Source: an uncultured Clostridia bacterium (lineage in GTDB: Bacteria > Bacillota > Clostridia > Christensenellales > UBA1242). From it: a DNA stretch of 52,896 nt. Shown here one piece after another: positions 36,801-44,059 of this stretch (position 1 is the stretch's first letter; every line of letters starts with the position of its first letter). The position numbers and the translations under genes were made by a program. The notes below the pieces were generated by a model, which saw only the letters and a list, made by a program, of their open reading frames with translations, ran no database searches and had not been told where the DNA came from. The stretch lies in contig CALATF010000069.1 in assembly GCA_937891595.1 (NCBI GenBank), forward strand, positions 1 to 52,896, given 5' to 3'.

Positions 36801-39800
36801 GTAACTTCAAGTATTAATACTAAAGATGGGCTAACAAACAAAATAACATTTAAAGATACAGATAATTTATATACTTTAATAGATGCTTCTACAGGAGACA
36901 AACTAGAAAACTTAAAATCAAATTTAACTTTAAACTTAGATTTAACTAACGATTATTTTGTTAAAGGCAGTAAAGATAAAATTGAAATATATTCTTCTAA
37001 ATATGATACAGATATAGACTTGTCTCATTGTTTTGATGTTACAATAGGTAATAACATAATTTATAATGTAAATGTTACTGTTCTTAACTTTGAAATACTT
37101 TATAATAACAACGGCACATTAACTAATAGCTTTGAAAAGGTTTATGATGCAACAAATTTTAACGATTTTAGGTTGGTTTGTAAAAATGAGGGATATACAA
37201 TAAGTCCACAAAGTGTGTTTGGTATATCATACACAAAAGGCGGGTCAAGTTACGATAGTGTAGTTAATGCAGGTAATTATGTAGCAGACATTAATTTAAC
37301 ATTAGATAATGCAAAAATTATTATAATTAAAAACGCTCATACATGTGATGAAAGCTGTATAACAGAATGCCCTGAAAAATTAAAAGATAGTTCTCATATA
37401 TGTGATGAAAATTGTGTAAATGAATGTTCCGAAAAAACAAAAGAAAAAATTATAGAGTTTTCAACATTTAATGGTAATGTTGTGGATAACCATTTGCCAG
37501 TTTTATTAGATTATGGATATATTAACATTAAAAAAGCAAATATAACTTATGATGAAAGCAAATTAAAATTTGAAGAAAATTTGGTTTATGGATCAAATGA
37601 ATTATCAAATATTAAGACTAAGATTAATGATGATGAAAACATATTCTTCGGGGTTGACAATGAAGCTATAACTCTAAAAGATTTTGAAATTAATGGTACT
37701 AAATTGAATTTTAATTATAACCCTAGTAGTTATTCTTTATCTACATTAAATGCAAATTCGAGTTATCCTATAAATGTTAACATTCAAGCGGAAAATTCTA
37801 ATTATAACCCTATATCTGTAAACATTCCTCTTTATGTTGTTCCAAAGGTTATTAATATTGTTCCTGTCTTAGGTTACTCTGATGACAAATTAGAAAGTGG
37901 TTATGTTGTTTATGATGGCTTAACTAAGACATATAAAATGGACGTATATGATTACGAAGATTTTATTAAATATGATGACTTTAATAAAATGCCTAAATGC
38001 GAAAAAGTGCAAGCTAATATAAGTTATGAGAAATTTTTTGTTTCTTATAATAAATCTACTAATGGAATTATAGAGTGTTATTTAGCTGATGGTAATGCTC
38101 CTAACAAGAATGAAAAAAGAGCATTAGAAATTTCAGCTTTACTTGATTTAAATAGTTTAGAATATAAAGATAATTATTTATTTGTAACTATTGATAGAGA
38201 AGAAATATGTATTCCAGTAGAAAAAATTAATACAAACCCAAACAATGCAGGTATTTATTTGTGTAGAATTAATTTTCAAAGTTCAAGTAACTATTTGATG
38301 AAATTCCCAACCCAAATAAACGGTGACGAGATTTTATATGATAATAGTGATGAAAACGCTGTTAGCTTACAATCTTCGTTTGAACTTTTTGAAATTAAAA
38401 AATCAAGTGCTATAGAGATTACTAACTGGAAAGATAGCTTTTATTATACAACTAGTTTTAATGTTGAAAATAAAGAAACTCTTCCTTTTGAATTTGAAAT
38501 TTCACCAAATTACAAAGATTATGTAAATTATGAAATTAAAGATTTTGACGGGAATGTTATTCTTAATGTAGGTGAATATACAGTTGCATTAAGTGTTGAA
38601 GCTGATAATTACTATTTTACAAAAAATTTTAATTTTACAGTAGAGCCTTTGCGTGCAGAGTTTATATTCCCACTTGCTAAGACATATGTTTATACCGGAA
38701 AATCTATTGATACTTTCTTAAATGGAATAAGAATTAATCAATTAGATAAAGACGGAAATGTAATATCTAGTTTTTATTATGAAAAAGAAATATATGATGA
38801 TGTAATTACTATATCTTATTTAAATGAAGATGGTTCAATTTACGAAAACAAAACTGGTAATCATCCTGCACCATATCAAGTTAATAGTGAAGGTAAGTTT
38901 TATACATTACAAATAAAATATGCTTATGCGGATGAAAACAAACAAACTAATTTTAAAGGCGAAGGTACTTTTGAATATTCAATTATTAAAAAATCTTTCT
39001 CAGGTTCAATAAATTTTGAAAATAATTCAATTACATATTCGCCTGATATGACAGCTGCTGAAGTTTATAATTTTATTAAAACCAAAATGTTTTCTATTAG
39101 TTTAGAAGAAGACGAGTATTCAGTACAATTTATGTATTCAGATGATGTTATTGATGATAAAAACAATTCAGCTTGGTTTAAAAAGTTTACTGAAGATGAT
39201 GTTACTGAAAAGAAAATTAAAGCAATAATAACTTTCATAGGTCCTGATGGTGATAGTCAAAGTAGCCAGTATGAAAAGAAAACTGTAGAAACAATTTTAA
39301 GCGTACTTGCTAAAAGTATTGATAAATCTAGATTTGTTCAAGCTTCAACAAGTGATAATTATTCATATTCAGGTTACCAAGTTTACAAAACTTTGAATTA
39401 TAAACCAGAAGAATTTGATACTTCTAAAATAAGTTTAAATCCTTTAGATAGTTATTTTACTGAAACAATAAAAGAAAAAGTTATAACATTGTCGGAAAAT
39501 GGTAAGACAGTTAAATTTACTTTAATTAAAGATAGTGATGTTCAAATGACATTAAAGGATAAATTTGGGAACACAATTTTTACAATTAGTTATTCGTTTG
39601 AAAAAGACACTGGTAATTCTTCTTGGGAAGATTATTCAAGTATTCCAAGAGACCCAGGTAGATATAAAGCGGTTTACAATGTTGTTTTTGGAAAATACTA
39701 TGCAGCTAATAATGTAAGGGATTTTGAAGAAAGTAAAATTTATAATATTAATAAGGTTACACTATATATTCATGCATCAAGCCAAGGCGAATATTTTTAC

Positions 39801-40517
39801 AATGGAAATAGTCAAACAGATGAGGTATTAACAAGATTAAATGTTAGTAATAATTCTGCTGTTACATCAAGCAGCAACATGAAGTATGTAAAAAATGAGC
39901 CTTATAATAACGAAAATGATAATAACGAAAATGGAGTTCATTTAAATTATAGAATTGAAAAGTTAAATGGAACTAATTATGAAGTAGTAAGCGGGAACAA
40001 TGCTATTGATGCGGGTAAATATAGATTAAAGGTTATTTTACATGTTAATCCAAACTATATTTTATCTAATTATTTTGAAAATGTTAATTTTGGTTCAGGA
40101 AACATAAATATAACTAATTTTAGTGGCAAAAGTGCCGCTGAACTGTATAATAGTTCATCTTTAAGTTTTTCTTTTACATTTGAAATTCAAAAGAAAAAGA
40201 TTGATGTTCCATTTACAATATCGGATAAAAATATTAATTTAAATAACAAATCTTTTGAAATAGATGATAGTGTAGATTTAACTGTTTTAAATGTAAATGT
40301 AGGCGTTAAAAACATTCAAATTATTAAAGTAAATGACGATACAACTGAAGAGGTTATATTTAATAGTGACAGTCAATCGATTATAAATTATAATTTTAAA
40401 TCTTTAGATATAGGTAGCTATTACATAGAATATACTATAGATACGGCTAACTGTGTATGGCAAACTGGCTTTAGTTCTGGTATAATAACGTTTAATATTA
40501 TAGAAAGTAACTCTTAA
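33873..40517 (+). CDS. Giant surface lipoprotein with Big_2 and MBG(YGX-type)-like repeats (2214 aa)
   Basis: Signal MKKLFKFFLIIPILLITSVFSFGC (Cys24, nt 33942-44). Big_2-like segment DLEWTSSATDIVTVYKNSFKTKSAGKAIITATY. Repeated Y-G-D-x-[LI]-P ... modules, e.g. YGDKDPKLNYTI...GNLSRQSGEDVDSYKITIGNLSFGNNYEIVF...FKIT. No C-terminal TM helix and no LPXTG. Confidence 0.88.
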   Translation: MKKLFKFFLIIPILLITSVFSFGCSCNDDSLTSIQLSLSGYELVSGYYSIEKTDKSITINTKLNSDKYSVDDLEWTSSATDIVTVYKNSFKTKSAGKAIITATYTDKSGNKIKGSIRVWVTEDSALMSFENKNNTATYSGQELQNNYKILQDEGNDQFGYYYISLTTGEAVDKIINAGEYQLYCYRKANPDIYCMASLVVNKYTVTLNNLGNFEIVYGDELPSGLVYKSNLNDEVMDAAYTIQGINGEGVIAKYIYTVENTSVNYGRYETSLYYEFVQAQSNQVEFEKNYNIVNTNGQLNIKSREVVLKINDDVITYGDNVSTTFDLYDYKTYGQEDKTLDSKFNSNINLKTPSYYYKGIQQQFNDVGILPVLIKEGNINSYDSYELKYEGATSNNNLTIKTNLSGKLTIQPRQVTILPSANQSKNYLDKDESITFTSVVNSFIPGEAINEFLFVDYLGQFGTSNFKAEVGSYFYKVLQTNEKGELLNPNYVIVLDDRATEGKTNFEDKYKFSVKQINLEFEIDSVEEKYKSPSTTTEGSSSEFTISYMNGYDYKTKINRIKLNNKNVDLTILESLLNNNNWDGYIGLKFTVDGKVEVIEIKKTDKGDIIQPEDINNTFIFGVYLDFKLTAIKNENFFASYSIQLPSGGVSYKEEDIKNVNVVLLDGAKLNLKKLYLTVTPKMTHEYVNIIYGEKIPDRFPADFVLSGELETGDTISDILNNSSSVLKLKELQLTTENSPVGKYEICLNDLEYVKDKEYYEISLDNSQKYYFTINPYKLKVVPSEAQKIYGDKDPKLNYTILSFYDEQITLNGLPATGNLSRQSGEDVDSYKITIGNLSFGNNYEIVFSDDVLFKITQRLVSVTPTSYISTYGDEINKGYSIFIQDGYDSQILKLPTFTGSFKLGTKKDVTNGDFVEVEYASTLGGYYPVLLADNGDILSYSIGIGDFKCSSNYTLNFANKDATYTINPKEIIINLVTSSINTKDGLTNKITFKDTDNLYTLIDASTGDKLENLKSNLTLNLDLTNDYFVKGSKDKIEIYSSKYDTDIDLSHCFDVTIGNNIIYNVNVTVLNFEILYNNNGTLTNSFEKVYDATNFNDFRLVCKNEGYTISPQSVFGISYTKGGSSYDSVVNAGNYVADINLTLDNAKIIIIKNAHTCDESCITECPEKLKDSSHICDENCVNECSEKTKEKIIEFSTFNGNVVDNHLPVLLDYGYINIKKANITYDESKLKFEENLVYGSNELSNIKTKINDDENIFFGVDNEAITLKDFEINGTKLNFNYNPSSYSLSTLNANSSYPINVNIQAENSNYNPISVNIPLYVVPKVINIVPVLGYSDDKLESGYVVYDGLTKTYKMDVYDYEDFIKYDDFNKMPKCEKVQANISYEKFFVSYNKSTNGIIECYLADGNAPNKNEKRALEISALLDLNSLEYKDNYLFVTIDREEICIPVEKINTNPNNAGIYLCRINFQSSSNYLMKFPTQINGDEILYDNSDENAVSLQSSFELFEIKKSSAIEITNWKDSFYYTTSFNVENKETLPFEFEISPNYKDYVNYEIKDFDGNVILNVGEYTVALSVEADNYYFTKNFNFTVEPLRAEFIFPLAKTYVYTGKSIDTFLNGIRINQLDKDGNVISSFYYEKEIYDDVITISYLNEDGSIYENKTGNHPAPYQVNSEGKFYTLQIKYAYADENKQTNFKGEGTFEYSIIKKSFSGSINFENNSITYSPDMTAAEVYNFIKTKMFSISLEEDEYSVQFMYSDDVIDDKNNSAWFKKFTEDDVTEKKIKAIITFIGPDGDSQSSQYEKKTVETILSVLAKSIDKSRFVQASTSDNYSYSGYQVYKTLNYKPEEFDTSKISLNPLDSYFTETIKEKVITLSENGKTVKFTLIKDSDVQMTLKDKFGNTIFTISYSFEKDTGNSSWEDYSSIPRDPGRYKAVYNVVFGKYYAANNVRDFEESKIYNINKVTLYIHASSQGEYFYNGNSQTDEVLTRLNVSNNSAVTSSSNMKYVKNEPYNNENDNNENGVHLNYRIEKLNGTNYEVVSGNNAIDAGKYRLKVILHVNPNYILSNYFENVNFGSGNINITNFSGKSAAELYNSSSLSFSFTFEIQKKKIDVPFTISDKNINLNNKSFEIDDSVDLTVLNVNVGVKNIQIIKVNDDTTEEVIFNSDSQSIINYNFKSLDIGSYYIEYTIDTANCVWQTGFSSGIITFNIIESNS
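37338..37451 (+). repeat. Tandem 19-codon duplication encoding a Cys-rich motif H-x-C-D-E-x-C-x2-E-C-x-E-K
   Basis: cat aca tgt gat gaa agc tgt ata aca gaa tgc cct gaa aaa... (37338) is repeated as cat ata tgt gat gaa aat tgt gta aat gaa tgt tcc gaa aaa... (37395). Peptides: HTCDESCITECPEKLKDSS / HICDENCVNECSEKTKEKI. Confidence 0.8.
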
Positions 40518-40520
40518 AAT

Positions 40521-40549
40521 AAAAAGCAACGACAAAAGCGTTGCTTTTT
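40521..40549 (+). terminator. Rho-independent terminator of the 2214-aa gene
   Basis: aaaagcaacg (40522-40531) pairs with cgttgctttt (40539-40548), loop acaaaag. Confidence 0.8.
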
Positions 40550-40685
40550 ATTTTGTTAACATTAGTTGTGTATATTACATTCGTACTAATTTTTGAAAAA
40601 AATTAAAGAGCTGATAAATTAACTTGGCACTAAATATTGATTTAAGATATTTTACCTTTTAAACTTATTATAAAAGGGGATAAAT

Positions 40686-41687
40686 ATGCAAAAGATTGAT
40701 TATTTAGAAAGTAAAGTTAAAGATATGTTTCATGAATTAAGTTTTTATAAAAATAAATATAATGAAATTAAAGAAAGTTTAACTAATTTAAGTACAGAAA
40801 ATTACTTATTAAACTCGGACTTTAGTATAAGATTTGATAATGTTGACTTTTTTGAAAACACATTAGAAAATGTTGAAAAAGAAATTATTAGTAAATGGTA
40901 TTTAGACAGTATAGGAGTTGTAACTGCGAAAACATTTATTAGTTTAAGTCCAAAGACTAGATTTAAACAAATTTTAAATGATTCTTATTTAAAAAGATTA
41001 TTAGGTTGTGACGTAACTCTAAGTTTTTACTATAAAATTGTAGAAACTTATAAAACAAAAATTTGTGCAAGAGTTTATACAGATGATACAAATTATACTG
41101 AACATTTTAAACTTGTAGAAGAAGCAGGAGTAAATTCCATAACATTTAATATTCCAAATAATGCAACAAAAGTAGAGTGTTTCATATACAATGATAACGC
41201 AACTACAGTAAATATAAATATTGAATGGGCTAAGTTAGAAAAGGGTATTACTTTCACAAATTATGAAAAACCTTTATATAATTTAGAAAAAGCAAAATGC
41301 TTTATGGATAGTATAAGATATAGAACTGTTTTATATGACAGGAAAAGTCCTGATGCTAATTTAAATTTAGGCTATACAAAAGGTTTTACTAGTAGCGATA
41401 TTAATAAACTTATAGATTTTACTAAGTATAATAAAGCTATTTTTTATTTCTCTTATCCTAGCGAGGGGCAGGTAGTAGAAGTTGACTTGACTAGAATTAA
41501 TGAGCCTAATGAGTTTTATTATGGTAGCGGGGCAGGTATAAGAGTAGATGGTGGGTTGCTATATAATATTATAAGATGTGCGGTTACTAGTGATAAAAAA
41601 GCCTTTTATATGACTTTTTATAGGAATACAACAAAAATGAATGGTAATGCTTCGTATTATTGTTATAAAATAGAGGGGGAATATTAA
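40686..41687 (+). CDS. Hypothetical protein: N-terminal coiled coil + jelly-roll/CBM-like domain reminiscent of phage tail-fibre receptor-binding proteins (333 aa)
   Basis: SD aaagggga before the ATG. The N-terminal ~35 aa are heptad-like (YLESKVKDMFHELSFYKNKYNEIKESLTNL). The following NYLLNSDFS...VTLSFYYK...INIEWAKLEKGITFTNYEKP resembles the NLL-x-NS ... [KM]LE[KE]G-x-x-x-T-x-[YW] signature I associate with tail-fibre/CBM jelly rolls. No signal peptide. Confidence 0.7.
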   Translation: MQKIDYLESKVKDMFHELSFYKNKYNEIKESLTNLSTENYLLNSDFSIRFDNVDFFENTLENVEKEIISKWYLDSIGVVTAKTFISLSPKTRFKQILNDSYLKRLLGCDVTLSFYYKIVETYKTKICARVYTDDTNYTEHFKLVEEAGVNSITFNIPNNATKVECFIYNDNATTVNINIEWAKLEKGITFTNYEKPLYNLEKAKCFMDSIRYRTVLYDRKSPDANLNLGYTKGFTSSDINKLIDFTKYNKAIFYFSYPSEGQVVEVDLTRINEPNEFYYGSGAGIRVDGGLLYNIIRCAVTSDKKAFYMTFYRNTTKMNGNASYYCYKIEGEY

Positions 41688-41698
41688 CCCTCTTTTTT
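41672..41698 (+). terminator. Hairpin + T-run overlapping the stop codon of the 333-aa ORF
   Basis: agaggg (41672-41677) pairs with ccctct (41688-41693), followed by tttttt. Confidence 0.5.
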
Positions 41699-41802
41699 AT
41701 TTTTTAATTATTCATATTAAATTAATAGTTTGAATTATTCTTTGTAAAAAATAAAGATTATGTTAAACTAATTTAGTTGATAAAACTTAAAGGAAAGTAT
41801 TT

Positions 41803-44046
41803 ATGTCTAATAAAAAAGTTGTAGCAATTTCAACAATAATAGATAATTTTAATTTGGGTAATAGATTGCAAAATTTTGCTTTGCAAAAACTTATAAAAGA
41901 TAATTTTAAAGACTTGCAAGTAGAAACAATTAAATATAATCCGTATACCTATAAGCCTAAAAAAATATTAATGATTTTTAGAAAAATTAAAAAGCTAATA
42001 AAATGGTTTAAATTTAGTTTAATTAAAGAAAGAAAAAGAACAAAAAATTTTATAAAATTTAATGAAAATATTAACTTTGATAATACTAAATATTATTTTG
42101 AAAATCAAAATAATATAAATGATAAATATGACTTTGTTATAGCAGGAAGTGACCAAATTTGGAACGAACAAATGACGCCTAACATGACAACCCATTTATT
42201 AAATTTTGTAGATAAAGACAAAAGAATTTCTTATGCTGCAAGTTTAGGTAAATGCGAACTTAGCGACTATGAGGTTGGTGCTTTTAAAAGATATTTAAAT
42301 TCTTTTAAAGCAATCTCTGTTAGGGAAAAAGTGTCTTGTGAAATACTAAAAAATTTAACTAATAACAATGTTATTGCAGTGCCAGACCCAACGCTTACAA
42401 TATCTTCTCAAGAATGGCAAAGTGTAGAAAAAAAGCCAAAAGTAATGCCGAACGGTAAGTATGCTTTATTATGTTTTTTGGGTGATAAATTAGGTGATAG
42501 TTTGGAATTTATTGAAAAGTTAAAATTACAAAACTTCGAGATTGTTGACATAGTAAACCCAGCAAGCAAATATTATTGCTCAGGGCCTGCCGAATTCTTG
42601 TATTTAATAAGAAATGCTAGTGTTGTGGCTACTGATTCCTTTCATTGTTTAGTGTTTTCTATTATTTATAATAAGCCTTTTGTTCATGTTGAAAGGTGTA
42701 CTAAAAGTTTAAAAGATATGTCTTCTAGAATTAAAAATTTAGAGGAAATGTTTAAGTGTAAATTTCCAACTTTAAAAGAAAATAAATTAGAAGAAATTTT
42801 AAATTTTAAAATTGAAAATAAAGAGCAAATTTTAAAAGAACAAAAAGAAATAGCTATTCAATTTTTAACACAAGCACTATATTCAAAAACTCAAAAACAA
42901 AACAATTTATTAGATGTTGATTTTAATTGCTCGGGGTGTGGCCTTTGCAAAAATATATGTCCAGTGGAAGCAATTAGTTATAAAGAAAACGATAAAGGTT
43001 TTTTAAGCCCAGTAATAGATAAATCAAAATGCATTAATTGTGGCAAATGTGTTAGAAGTTGCTCGCAACTAATTAATTTACAAAAACTTACTTTTGAAAA
43101 AGGTATATATGCTATAAAACAAAAAGAATATAAGAAAGGTAATTTTTCTTCAACTGGAATTTTTGGTAAATTAGCTGAACAAGTCTTATTAGAAAATGGC
43201 GTTGTTTTTGGAGTTAAATATAACAAAGATAAATCTTTTTTTGAAAAGATAGAAAAAGTTGAAGACTTAAATAAAATAGAAGGTTCTAAATATTTCCAAG
43301 TAGATATAAGCAATATTTATAAAGAAGTTGAAGAACTATTAAATAAGGGTAAAAAAGTTTTAGTTTGTGCAACCCCTTGTCAAATTACAGGACTTAGAAA
43401 TAAATTCAAAAAAGAAAACAATTTGATATTAGTTCAAGTTTTGTGTCATGGTGTACCATCTCAAAAATTATTCAAAGAATATACAAAAGAACTATTTAAT
43501 GAGGTGCCAGAACAAATGAATTTTAGGCATTATGATAATAGTTGGGACAATTATTCAGAAAAATATATTTTTAATAACCATGAAAAAATTATACCTATGC
43601 AACAAGACTTATATATTAAAGCTTTTTTAAGTGACTTAGGTTTAAATGACTGTTGCTACGATTGTCATTTTGCTGGGAACAATACAGGAGCAGATATTAT
43701 AATAGGCGATTGTTGGGGAATTAAAGAAATTAACAAAAAGTTTTATTCTAATAAAGGTGTTTCGATAATTGTTTGTAATACAAATTTAGGGCAAGAGTAC
43801 TTTGAAAAAGTAAATAATAGTTTTCAAATTTACAAAATACCTAAAAGTAAATATAAATATTGTAATGAAAATCTTTTTAATGCATTTAAATTTAAAAATA
43901 AATATAATAAACAACTTGCTTTTTATGAATGTTTAAATCATAATAGTTTTACACACAGTTTAAAAGAATGTGCAAAAGAGAGACAAGTTAATAATTCTTT
44001 TATTGCAAAAATAAAACGTAAAATAAAAAAGATTTTAAAAATTTAA
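41803..44046 (+). CDS. Fusion protein: polysaccharide pyruvyl transferase (N-terminal) :: FrhB-like F420 hydrogenase/dehydrogenase beta-subunit-family domain with 2x[4Fe-4S] motif (C-terminal)
   Basis: N-terminal half: VVAISTIIDNFNLGNRLQNFALQKLI...AGSDQIWN, typical of the PS_pyruv_trans family. From about nt 42925: CSGCGLCKNICPVEAI...CINCGKCVRSCS (two CxxCxxCxxxCP ferredoxin motifs), then ATPCQITGLR...VLCHGVPS, typical of the FrhB-like family. Confidence 0.75.
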   Translation: MSNKKVVAISTIIDNFNLGNRLQNFALQKLIKDNFKDLQVETIKYNPYTYKPKKILMIFRKIKKLIKWFKFSLIKERKRTKNFIKFNENINFDNTKYYFENQNNINDKYDFVIAGSDQIWNEQMTPNMTTHLLNFVDKDKRISYAASLGKCELSDYEVGAFKRYLNSFKAISVREKVSCEILKNLTNNNVIAVPDPTLTISSQEWQSVEKKPKVMPNGKYALLCFLGDKLGDSLEFIEKLKLQNFEIVDIVNPASKYYCSGPAEFLYLIRNASVVATDSFHCLVFSIIYNKPFVHVERCTKSLKDMSSRIKNLEEMFKCKFPTLKENKLEEILNFKIENKEQILKEQKEIAIQFLTQALYSKTQKQNNLLDVDFNCSGCGLCKNICPVEAISYKENDKGFLSPVIDKSKCINCGKCVRSCSQLINLQKLTFEKGIYAIKQKEYKKGNFSSTGIFGKLAEQVLLENGVVFGVKYNKDKSFFEKIEKVEDLNKIEGSKYFQVDISNIYKEVEELLNKGKKVLVCATPCQITGLRNKFKKENNLILVQVLCHGVPSQKLFKEYTKELFNEVPEQMNFRHYDNSWDNYSEKYIFNNHEKIIPMQQDLYIKAFLSDLGLNDCCYDCHFAGNNTGADIIIGDCWGIKEINKKFYSNKGVSIIVCNTNLGQEYFEKVNNSFQIYKIPKSKYKYCNENLFNAFKFKNKYNKQLAFYECLNHNSFTHSLKECAKERQVNNSFIAKIKRKIKKILKI

Positions 44047-44059
44047 TTAGAGAGAATTT

